Source of the DNA: Actinomycetes bacterium
GTDB taxonomy: Bacteria > Actinomycetota > Thermoleophilia > Gaiellales > Gaiellaceae
DNA: 43,759 bases
Assembly: GCA_023251945.1 (NCBI GenBank)
Contig: JAHEXT010000001.1
Coordinates: forward strand, 1-43,759
Reading direction: 5' to 3'
Below are positions 34,010 through 41,732 of this stretch, piece by piece. The notes under the pieces are model-generated. The model was not told the DNA's origin, searched no databases, and worked only from the letters and a program-made list of their open reading frames with translations. A program made the position numbers and the translations under genes. The stretch's first letter is position 1; every line of letters begins with the position of its first letter.

Positions 34010-34239
34010 CGGCGCTCCTGACGTCGCCGCCGAAGCCACGTGGCAACGGCGAGGACGATGAGGCCTCCCCAGACGACGACGGCGGGTGTGGAGACGTTCC
34101 ACGAGATCCCGACCTCGTCGCCCGAGGCGAAGTAGGCGCCCGCGGTGAAGAGAACCGAGACGAGAAAGACCGCGACCGCGAGGAGACCGAGGGCGTAGAT
34201 CACCGACACGTACACGGGCCGAGGGCGCTGGCTTACCAT
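34006..34239 (-). CDS. Small two-TM membrane protein (hypothetical) embedded in the mqn operon
   Basis: 77 aa: MVSQRPRPVYVSVIYALGLLAVAVFLVSVLFTAGAYF...VVVWGGLIVLAVATWLRRRRQERR. Its ATG overlaps the mqnE stop by 7 nt, and its stop overlaps the mqnA ATG (ATGA). Confidence 0.5.
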   Translation of the reverse strand: MVSQRPRPVYVSVIYALGLLAVAVFLVSVLFTAGAYFASGDEVGISWNVSTPAVVVWGGLIVLAVATWLRRRRQERR

Positions 34240-35291
34240 CGCCTCAGCTCGTTGTAGAGCGTGTCGCGCTGGACGGGGATGCGGCCCGCCTCGCGGACGA
34301 AGTGAACGAGCTCCTCGACCTTCTGCTCCGTTTCCGTGCGAGCCCCGGCCGCGTGGAAGATCTCCTCGCGCACGACCGTCCCCTGCACGTCGTTCGCCCC
34401 GAAGTGAAGGGCGACGGCCGCGAGCGGCATCCCCATCATGATCCAGTAGGCCTTGATGTTCGGGATGTTGTCGAGCATCAGGCGCGAGATGGCGAGCATC
34501 TTCAGGTCGTCCGCGCCGGTCGTGTGGCGCCAGCCGCGCCGCTCGAAGACGGTGTTCTCCGGATGGAAGGCGAGCGGGATGAAGGCGAGGAAGCCGCCCG
34601 TGCGGTCCTGCTGCTCGCGAAGCCGGATCAGGTGGTCGACGCGCTCCTCGTACGTCTCGACATGGCCGTACAGGATCGTGCAGTGGGTCGGGATTCCGAG
34701 CCTGTGGGCGGTGTCGTGGACGTGGAACCAGATGTCCGGATGCTCCTTCCCGGGCGCGACGAGTCTGCGGACACGTTCGGCGAACACTTCCGCTCCGCCG
34801 CCGGGGAGGGACCCGAGCCCGCGGTCCCTGAGCTCGCGCAGCACCTCCTCGTGCGTGAGCCCGGAGAGCGTCGTCATGTGGTGGATCTCGGACGCCGTGT
34901 AGCACTTCAAGTGCACGTCGGGGAGCGCCTCGTGGAGGGCCGTGATCGTGTCGCGGTAGAAGGCGAAGTCCACATGCGGGCTCTCGCCGTTGACCATGTG
35001 GAGCTCGGTGAACCCCGTCACCTCACGCTGGCGGAGCACGTCCTCGACGAGCTCCTCGGCGGTGAAGGTGTACGCGTGCGGCTGCCTCTGCGTCGCCGCG
35101 AAGGCGCAGAACTTGCACTTCACGCGGCAGACGTTCGTCTGGTTCACGTACAAGTTCTGGACGAAATAGACCTCGTCCGTTCCCCCGCGCACGCGCCGAG
35201 CGAGGTCGGCGAGCTCGCCGAGCGCGAGCAGGTCGTCGGACTCGAGGATCGCAAGGCCGTCCTCGAAGTCCATCCGCTCGCCGGCTTCCAC
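34233..35291 (-). CDS. mqnE: Aminofutalosine synthase (radical SAM); the true start may lie upstream of 35291
   Basis: KVEAGERMDFEDGL, NQTNVCRVKCKFCAF (CxxxCxxC), TELHMVNGESP, YTASEIHH, GFLAFIPLAF. This resembles Streptomyces MqnE as I recall it. Confidence 0.8.
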   Translation of the reverse strand: MEAGERMDFEDGLAILESDDLLALGELADLARRVRGGTDEVYFVQNLYVNQTNVCRVKCKFCAFAATQRQPHAYTFTAEELVEDVLRQREVTGFTELHMVNGESPHVDFAFYRDTITALHEALPDVHLKCYTASEIHHMTTLSGLTHEEVLRELRDRGLGSLPGGGAEVFAERVRRLVAPGKEHPDIWFHVHDTAHRLGIPTHCTILYGHVETYEERVDHLIRLREQQDRTGGFLAFIPLAFHPENTVFERRGWRHTTGADDLKMLAISRLMLDNIPNIKAYWIMMGMPLAAVALHFGANDVQGTVVREEIFHAAGARTETEQKVEELVHFVREAGRIPVQRDTLYNELRRW

Positions 35292-35335
35292 TTTCTCCCG
35301 GATCGGCTCCAGCGTCTTCTGGGCGAGAACGGCGA

Positions 35336-36238
35336 TCAGAAGCTCCTTTCCACCACAGCCTCGGCCAGAGCCTCGAGCTCCTCGCGCCGCTCGGCGCCGT
35401 CGAGGCAGGCCTGCGCTCTGGAAGCGTAGTCGCGCGCGACTTCGCGAGACCGTTCGAGCGCACCCGTCGCGGCGACCCGTACGAGCGCTCCGTCGAGCGC
35501 GCCGCCGGCGAGCGCCGCCCGGACGACGGAGTCATCTTGTGCGGCAAGGAGAAGCGGAAGCGTCGGCGTCCCGTCCCGCAGATCGGTCCCGGGAACCTTT
35601 CCCGTCTCGATGGTCTCCCCGGCACAGTCGAGGACGTCGTCAGCGATCTGGAACGCGATCCCGAGCAAGCGGCCGTACTCTCCGTGGGCGCCTCCGAGCA
35701 CGCACGCCGCCGCGAACAGTGCTCCCGTCTTGAGCGCGCAGCGCTCCAGGTAGTCGTCGAGCCGGGTGTCCGGGTCGTGCCTCTGCCGCCGTTGCATCGC
35801 CTCGCCGCGAGCGAGGGAGAGCGCAGCCGACGCGAGGACGGAGACGGCGCCTGGATCTCCTTCCGCCGCGAGAACCGAGAACGCCCGGGCGAAGAGGAAG
35901 TCGCCCGCCGCTTTCGCCGCGTCCTCGCCGTGCTCGCTCCAGGCCGAGGCGTGTCCGCGACGGACCGTAGCCCCGTCGATCAGATCGTCGTGCACGAGCG
36001 TCGCCATGTGGACGAGCTCGACGGCCGCACCGGCCGCGACCGCTGGCGCCGCGTCGAGCGGCGAGGAGAGGAACGCGAGGGCCGGGCGGAGTCGTTTGCC
36101 TCCCGCGGCGAGCGCGGCCCCGCCGATGCGCGCCACGAGGCCGGGGTAGGCAGAGACGGTCTCGGAGAGCCGCCGCTCGACCTCGTCGAGGTACTCGTCG
36201 AGGCCGGGTGCCGCCCGAACCGTCTCGAGCGCGCTCAC
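35336..36238 (-). CDS. Trans-polyprenyl diphosphate synthase (menaquinone side-chain synthase)
   Basis: FARM LVHDDLID and SARM IADDVLD. GTG start refined to 36238 (GTGA overlap with the ubiE stop). Confidence 0.9.
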   Translation of the reverse strand: MSALETVRAAPGLDEYLDEVERRLSETVSAYPGLVARIGGAALAAGGKRLRPALAFLSSPLDAAPAVAAGAAVELVHMATLVHDDLIDGATVRRGHASAWSEHGEDAAKAAGDFLFARAFSVLAAEGDPGAVSVLASAALSLARGEAMQRRQRHDPDTRLDDYLERCALKTGALFAAACVLGGAHGEYGRLLGIAFQIADDVLDCAGETIETGKVPGTDLRDGTPTLPLLLAAQDDSVVRAALAGGALDGALVRVAATGALERSREVARDYASRAQACLDGAERREELEALAEAVVERSF

Positions 36239-36918
36239 GGCCGGACCGCCGTGTGCAGGGCGACGCTGCCGCCGCCGAGGAGCTTGAAGCGCACGTCCTG
36301 GAAGCCGGCCTCTTCGAGGAGCGCCGAGAGATCCTCCGGCCCGGGGAAGCGCCGAACGCTCGCCGGGAGGTACGTATAGGCCTTCCCGCCCGGGAGGACT
36401 CGACCTGCGAGTGGGACGAGCACGTCGAGCCAGAGCCGGAAGAAGGGCCGCAGGAGTCCCCGAGGCCGCGTAATCTCGAGCACCGCAATGCCCCCTCCGG
36501 GCCGGAGAACGCGGCCGAGCTCCCGCAGGCCCAGCTCGAGATCCTCGAGGTTCCGGACGCCGAATCCGACCGTGGCGGCGTCGAACTCGCCGTCCGCGAA
36601 CGGCAGGGAGAGCGCGTCGCCCTGCACCCACTCGATCGTCCCCGACTTGGACCTGGCCCGCTCGAGCATCCGCTCCGAGAAGTCGAGCCCGACGACCCTT
36701 CCACCGCGCCGTTCGGCCTCGATCGCGAGATCGCCGGTGCCGCAGCAGGCATCGAGGACGCGATCTCCCGGCCAGACCACCTCGCGCACGGCGAGGCGCC
36801 GCCAGCGACGGTCGAGCCCGGCGGTCATCACTCGGTTCATCACGTCGTAGACGGGAGCGATGCGGTCGAACATGCCGCGGACTTCGTCCGCGGCTAGTCG
36901 TCCGGCCTGGTAGCTCAT
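36235..36918 (-). CDS. ubiE: Demethylmenaquinone methyltransferase (UbiE/MenG)
   Basis: FDRIAPVYDVMNRVMTAGLDRRWRR, LDACCGTGDL, FGVRN. ATG at 36918 in an ATGA overlap with the ubiX stop. Confidence 0.9.
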   Translation of the reverse strand: MSYQAGRLAADEVRGMFDRIAPVYDVMNRVMTAGLDRRWRRLAVREVVWPGDRVLDACCGTGDLAIEAERRGGRVVGLDFSERMLERARSKSGTIEWVQGDALSLPFADGEFDAATVGFGVRNLEDLELGLRELGRVLRPGGGIAVLEITRPRGLLRPFFRLWLDVLVPLAGRVLPGGKAYTYLPASVRRFPGPEDLSALLEEAGFQDVRFKLLGGGSVALHTAVRP

Positions 36919-37502
36919 TGTCCCCATCGGGGCACGAGCACGTTGTCGATCCCGATCTGGTCGAGGCAGCGCGCGACGACGAAGTCGACGAGGTCGTCGA
37001 TCGTCTCCGGGCCGTGGTAGAAGCCCGGCGCGGCGAAGAGGATGACCGCGCCGGCTTCGTGCAGCGTCGCCAGCCCCCGAAGATGGATGGAGGAGAGCGG
37101 CGTCTCGCGCGGCACGAGCACGAGTCGGCGCCGCTCCTTGAGCGCCACCGACGCGGCGCGATGGATGAGGTTCTGCATCGACCCGGACGCGAGCGTCCCG
37201 ACCGTGGCCATCGAACAGGGGCAGATCACGTAGGCGTCCACCTTCGCCGATCCGCTCGCATACGGGCTTCGGTAGTCGTCCTCCGCGTACACGGTCACCT
37301 GCGGGGCGGTAGTGCCGATGAACCGTTCAAGCACCTCCTCGCGCGGCAGGGAGGGATCGCCGTAGAGCTCCGTCGCGAGCACCTCGATTCCCGAGCGGGA
37401 CGCCGCGAGCCCGACCTCGCAGTCCACCGCGGCCAGAGCGCGGAGGAGGCGCTCGGCATAGGGAGCGCCCGAGGCGCCGGTCACGCCCAGGAAGACGCGC
37501 AC
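36915..37502 (-). CDS. ubiX: UbiX-family flavin prenyltransferase
   Basis: GVTGASGAPYAERLL and ICPCSMATVG; GTG start. Confidence 0.9.
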   Translation of the reverse strand: MRVFLGVTGASGAPYAERLLRALAAVDCEVGLAASRSGIEVLATELYGDPSLPREEVLERFIGTTAPQVTVYAEDDYRSPYASGSAKVDAYVICPCSMATVGTLASGSMQNLIHRAASVALKERRRLVLVPRETPLSSIHLRGLATLHEAGAVILFAAPGFYHGPETIDDLVDFVVARCLDQIGIDNVLVPRWGQ

Positions 37503-37517
37503 GGATGAAGGCTACGT

Positions 37518-37615
37518 GGGGTCAGGTCTTGCATGTTGCACCGACGGTGCAACATGCATCGCGGGGTCAGGTCTCGTTTGTTGCAACCTGGGTGCAACAA
37601 ACGAGACCTGACCCC
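37518..37615. repeat. Compound palindromic element: two GGGGTCAGGTCT direct repeats, each followed by a hairpin (13-bp and 23-bp perfect stems)
   Basis: GGGGTCAGGTCT-TGCATGTTGCACC-GAC-GGTGCAACATGCA-TCGC-GGGGTCAGGTCTCGTTTGTTGCA-ACCTGGG-TGCAACAAACGAGACCTGACCCC. It abuts the qcrC stop codon and ends about 16 nt from the ubiX start. Confidence 0.65.
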
Positions 37616-38424
37616 TAGCCGCCCTTCGAGGCGGCGAGGAAGGCGCCCAGGGCGTCGAGGTTCTCCTGCCCGAGGTAGGCGTACGAGCCCATCACCGTGT
37701 TGCCGAACGCAGCCGGGTTCGTGAGGTAGCGGACGAAGTAGGTCGCCTCGTTCGTCTGCCCGATCGAAGACAGGTCGGGCGCACCGAGGTTGCCGGCCCC
37801 CTGCCCCAGGTATGTGTGGCAGTTGAGACAGCCGGACTGGGCGAAGAGCTCCGCCCCCTTCACGGCCTGGGGATCGTCCGCGAAGCCCTGCTCCTGGGCC
37901 CACTCGGGGACGAAGGCGACGAGCTCCGAGCCGAGCGCCTCCTTCGCCGTCGCACCCTTCCACGTCAGGACCGCCATCGACAGGACCGTGAGGACGGCCG
38001 CGACCATGGCCACCGGCCGCCGCGACGGCCGCCGCTCGCGGCGGCGGTCGTAGAAGGGCAGCCCGATGAGGAGGATCAGCGCGATCGTCGGAATGCCGAC
38101 CGTCGCGATGAAGACGGTCTCCGGCCACTTGAAGATCCGGAGGAGGTAGAAGAGGAAGTAGAAGTACCAGTCAGGACGAGGAACGAAGCTCGTCGTGGCC
38201 GGGTCAGCCGGCTCCGTGTACCAGGGGCCGAGAATTCCCGACTTCACGCCGTCGGCGTCGAAGTACCAGATGGCCGCCAGCGCCACGATGACGCAGACGA
38301 CCACGAGCGACATGACCGTGTCGTGGAACAGCGCCCGCGGGAAGAATGACTTGCCCTCCTTCTTGACGTCGTCCTTGTAGCGGGCGAAGTCCTCGCGGTT
38401 CAGCTCGCCGAGATCCCGCGCCAT
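37615..38424 (-). CDS. qcrC: Menaquinol:cytochrome c reductase cytochrome b/c subunit (subunit-IV-like domain fused to monoheme cytochrome c)
   Basis: PRPDWYFYFLFYLLR (cytochrome b C-terminal/subunit IV motif), three TM segments, and a C-terminal single CLNCH heme c site. Confidence 0.85.
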   Translation of the reverse strand: MARDLGELNREDFARYKDDVKKEGKSFFPRALFHDTVMSLVVVCVIVALAAIWYFDADGVKSGILGPWYTEPADPATTSFVPRPDWYFYFLFYLLRIFKWPETVFIATVGIPTIALILLIGLPFYDRRRERRPSRRPVAMVAAVLTVLSMAVLTWKGATAKEALGSELVAFVPEWAQEQGFADDPQAVKGAELFAQSGCLNCHTYLGQGAGNLGAPDLSSIGQTNEATYFVRYLTNPAAFGNTVMGSYAYLGQENLDALGAFLAASKGG

Positions 38425-39233
38425 TACTTCCCGCCCCCCGACGTACCGCCTCGGACGAGTCCGGCGCGAGCGCCCGTGGGCGCCGCCTCCGCCCGCTCAC
38501 GCCCCGCCCTCTCGCCCGACCACGGCGGCGACACGACGCCGAGGCGCGTGACGAGGTAGATGTGGACGCCGATCAGCCCGATGATCGCGCCGGGCAGCAC
38601 GAGCATGTGCAGCGAGTACCACTTGGCCAGGGTTTCCGACCCGATCTCCGGCCCGGTCGCGAGAAACTGGGCGAGCCAGGGGCCGAGGAAGGGAGCAGTC
38701 CCGTTCAGGTTGATCCCCACGACGGTCGCCCAGTACGCGGTCTGGTCCCACGGGAGGAGGTAGCCCGTGAAGCCGAGCAGCATGCCCGTCACGAGGATGA
38801 ACACGCCGGTGATCCAGGTCAGCTCGCGGGGGTACTTGTACGCGCCGAAGAGGAAGACACGGCCCATGTGCAGGAAGAGCAGGATGATGAAGACGCTCGC
38901 GCCCCAGCGGTGCATGCCGCGCACGAGCCAGCCGAGCGTCAGGTCGTTCGTGATCGCCTCGATCGACGAGTAGGCGACAGGTTTCCCGGTGGTCGGGTTG
39001 ATCGAGCTCGAAGGCTCGTAGTACATAGCCAGGATCACGCCGGTGAGCGTCTGGACGATGAACGCGGTCAGCGTCGCCGACCCGAGCGTCTGCGCCCAGC
39101 TGATGTCCCGCGGGACGTTCCGAAACAGGAACCACTTCGTCCCTCGGACCGCGGCCGTCCGCTCGTCGACCCAGTCGAGCGGCGCGAGCACCGCCGTCTC
39201 GACCAGCGTGCCTCGCTTCGATTTCTTGGCCAT
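38424..39233 (-). CDS. qcrB: Cytochrome b6-type subunit of the menaquinol:cytochrome c reductase
   Basis: Heme-ligand His pairs in RGMHRWGASVFIILLFLHMGR and WYSLHMLVLPGAIIGLIGVHIY; PWDQ motif (LLPWDQTAYW). Confidence 0.9.
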   Translation of the reverse strand: MAKKSKRGTLVETAVLAPLDWVDERTAAVRGTKWFLFRNVPRDISWAQTLGSATLTAFIVQTLTGVILAMYYEPSSSINPTTGKPVAYSSIEAITNDLTLGWLVRGMHRWGASVFIILLFLHMGRVFLFGAYKYPRELTWITGVFILVTGMLLGFTGYLLPWDQTAYWATVVGINLNGTAPFLGPWLAQFLATGPEIGSETLAKWYSLHMLVLPGAIIGLIGVHIYLVTRLGVVSPPWSGERAGRERAEAAPTGARAGLVRGGTSGGGK

Positions 39234-40181
39234 CTACCCGGTCACCTGAGTCGGCACGATCGGGTAGAGCCACGCCTCGATCCCATCCACATGCGTCCCC
39301 GGCGTCGACCACGGGTACCTCGAGATCATCGCGTTGGCGCCCGTTCCGGAGACGTTCCCGACCGCGTAGACCGGCCCGAGGATGAGCCGGCCGTGCTTGA
39401 TCGAGTATTCGGCGCGATCCATCGACCGGACGGGCGGCCCAGCCCGGCGGTTGCCCTCGGCGTCGTACAGGCCGCCGTGACAGGGGCAGCCGAACGACTG
39501 GGCGAGGACGGGCCGCAGCTCCACGCCGTTGACATTCTTCTTCGCGGCCTCGTCGATCGGGCCGTTCGGCTGCACGGGGCAGCCGAGGTGGACGCAGCGG
39601 CTGTAGAGGATCGTGAAGCTCGGCTCCTGCCTCCCCTGGTTCGCCGGATTCTCGACGAGCCCGTTGTAGCGGACGAAGACCGTCCGCCTGCTGACTTCGC
39701 CGCCCCCTGGGAGGGCGAAGTACGACGCGATGACGTACTTCCCCTCGGGGAAGTTCTCGAGCGGGCCGAGGTCCGCCTCCTGCTCCTCGAGGTTCGTGAA
39801 CGAGGGGAGCACCATGAAGCCGAGGACGGGAAGGGTGACGACGGCGCCGATCGCGGCGCTGATCCCGAGCGTCGACGCTTCGAGGAAGCGAGAACGTGTG
39901 TAGGTCGGAAGGGGAGCGGCGGCCGGAGGCCCGGCAGGTGCCGCGGCCTCGTCGGCCACAGCGCGGGTCTCCGGCTCGATCTCGGGGACCTCGCCCCGTA
40001 CCTCACGCGTGACGTCGCGCGCCCAGAGCAGGCCGAACACGACCGCCAGCACGGCACCGATCGCCGCGATGATCCAGCTCAGGACGAGACCGAGGAGGAG
40101 GCACGCGACCCCGATCGCGAAGCCGATCGGCCACAGGCTCGGCCCGGGGGCGTGCGGGTTGTCGTGACTCGCGTCGCTCAA
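39234..40181 (-). CDS. qcrA: Rieske [2Fe-2S] subunit of the menaquinol:cytochrome c reductase
   Basis: CVHLGCPV and CPCHGGLY Rieske boxes; N-terminal TM segments. Confidence 0.9.
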   Translation of the reverse strand: MSDASHDNPHAPGPSLWPIGFAIGVACLLLGLVLSWIIAAIGAVLAVVFGLLWARDVTREVRGEVPEIEPETRAVADEAAAPAGPPAAAPLPTYTRSRFLEASTLGISAAIGAVVTLPVLGFMVLPSFTNLEEQEADLGPLENFPEGKYVIASYFALPGGGEVSRRTVFVRYNGLVENPANQGRQEPSFTILYSRCVHLGCPVQPNGPIDEAAKKNVNGVELRPVLAQSFGCPCHGGLYDAEGNRRAGPPVRSMDRAEYSIKHGRLILGPVYAVGNVSGTGANAMISRYPWSTPGTHVDGIEAWLYPIVPTQVTG

Positions 40182-40281
40182 CGTGGACCTTGGGGGGATT
40201 CAATCGCTCGGCCGTTGCGCCTGTCAACGACGTGACGACTGTCGCGACGCGGGGGATTCTGCACTTTGCGGAGGACGCGTG

Positions 40282-41724
40282 CTACGGGAGGCCGTACTCG
40301 GACCAGCGGCGTGTGACGAGCTCCCGAACATCGTCGCTCATCACGATCTCCTCGGGCCAGGGGCGAGCGTCCTCTTCCGGGAGCTTGTGCGTCGCGTCGA
40401 TGCCGAGCTTCCCGCCGTAGAACTGTCGCCCGGGCGCATGGTCGAGGTGGTCGAGCGGGCCCTCGCTGATCAGGACGTCGCGCTTCGGATCCACGTTCGC
40501 GGTCACGCGGAAGAAGACGTCCGCGTAGTCGTGCACGTTCACGTGCTCATCGACGACGACGATCGACTTCGAGAGCGAGAGCAGCCCGAGCCCCCAGAGC
40601 GCGTGCATCACCTTCTGCGCATGGCCGGGGAACGCTTTGCGGATCGAGACGATCACGCAGTTGTGGAACGCGCCGGCGACGGGGAGGTCGTAGTCCACGA
40701 TCTCGGGAAGGGTCATCCGGATAGCGGGCAGGAAGATCCTCTCCGTCGCTTTTCCGAGCCAGGCGTCCTCGGCGGGCGGCTTGCCGACGACGATCGAGGC
40801 GTAGATCGCGTCACGCCGCATCGTCAGCGCCGAGATGCGGAAGATCGGGAACTCCTCGGCGTGCGAGTAGTAGCCCGTGTGGTCGCCGAACGGGCCTTCG
40901 ATGCCGACGTCGTCGCGTGAAACCGTTCCTTCGAGGACGATCTCCGCGCTCGCGGGCACCTCCAGGTCGACGGTCTTGCAGCGGACGAGCTCGACCGGCT
41001 CGCCGCGGAGGAAGCCGGCGAGCATGAGCTCATCGAGGTGGTGCGGCAGAGGCGCGCTCGCGGAATACGCCGTGACGGGATCGAGCCCGATTGCAGCGGC
41101 GACCGGGATGCGGCCGTCCTCGGCGGCGAGAAAGTCCGCCCGGCCGTCCTTGTGCATCTGCCAGTGCATGAAGGTCGAGCGGCCGTCGATCACCTGCATC
41201 CGGTACATGCCGAGGTTGCGGACACCCGACTTCGGGTCCTTCGTGATCACGGCCGGCAGGGTGATGAACGGCGCTGGGTCGCCGGGCCAGCAGCGCTGGA
41301 TCGGGAAAAGGCCCAGGTCGATGTCGTCTCCCTCAAGCACGATCTCCTGGCACGGCCCCTTCGATACGGTCTTCGGGAGCGAGTCCGCGACCGACTTCAG
41401 CTTCAGGAGACCCTTCACCTTCTCGACGAGCCCGTACGGCGGCTGCATGTCGAGCACGTCGCCGAGCTTCGCAGCCGCGTCGTCGAGCCTCTCGACCCCG
41501 AGCGCAAGGCACATGCGCCGCTCGGTGCCGAACTGGTTGATGAGGAGCGGGTGCTTCGATCCCTTTGGGTTCTCGAAGAGGAGCGCCGGCCCGCCCGACT
41601 TGACGACGCGATCCGTGATCTCGGTGATCTCGAGGTCCGGGTCGACCTCCGCCGAGACGCGGCGCAGCTCGCCCTCGCGCTCGAGGAGCGCGATCCACTC
41701 GCGGAGGTCTCTAGGGACGGCCAA
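40282..41724 (-). CDS. UbiD-family (prenyl-FMN dependent) decarboxylase, menaquinone/futalosine-pathway type
   Basis: 480 aa. GGPALLFENPKG, HWQMHKDG and other UbiD-family segments. Pairs with ubiX in the same cluster. Confidence 0.9.
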   Translation of the reverse strand: MAVPRDLREWIALLEREGELRRVSAEVDPDLEITEITDRVVKSGGPALLFENPKGSKHPLLINQFGTERRMCLALGVERLDDAAAKLGDVLDMQPPYGLVEKVKGLLKLKSVADSLPKTVSKGPCQEIVLEGDDIDLGLFPIQRCWPGDPAPFITLPAVITKDPKSGVRNLGMYRMQVIDGRSTFMHWQMHKDGRADFLAAEDGRIPVAAAIGLDPVTAYSASAPLPHHLDELMLAGFLRGEPVELVRCKTVDLEVPASAEIVLEGTVSRDDVGIEGPFGDHTGYYSHAEEFPIFRISALTMRRDAIYASIVVGKPPAEDAWLGKATERIFLPAIRMTLPEIVDYDLPVAGAFHNCVIVSIRKAFPGHAQKVMHALWGLGLLSLSKSIVVVDEHVNVHDYADVFFRVTANVDPKRDVLISEGPLDHLDHAPGRQFYGGKLGIDATHKLPEEDARPWPEEIVMSDDVRELVTRRWSEYGLP

Positions 41725-41732
41725 GGCCCGGG

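Noticed and set aside
23608-36631. Similar over-extensions: Fe-ADH to 24954, mqnC to 34046, small TM ORF to 34905, polyprenyl synthase to 36631, CapD to 28525
   Set aside because: Same reasoning as above. The extensions overlap the upstream coding frames and lack any family signal.
37518-37615. Possible CRISPR array or tRNA in the repeat-containing gap
   Set aside because: There are only two copies of a 12-nt box, no spacer-repeat periodicity and no cas genes. The hairpins do not form a cloverleaf and the element is too short for a tRNA plus flanks.
37481-38128. Small ORFs reading through the palindromic element (37533-37724 plus, 37481-38128 minus; peptides repeating CNKRDLTP and HRRCNM)
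   Set aside because: The repeated peptide motifs are just the two arms of the DNA palindromes translated. The minus ORF is out of frame with qcrC.
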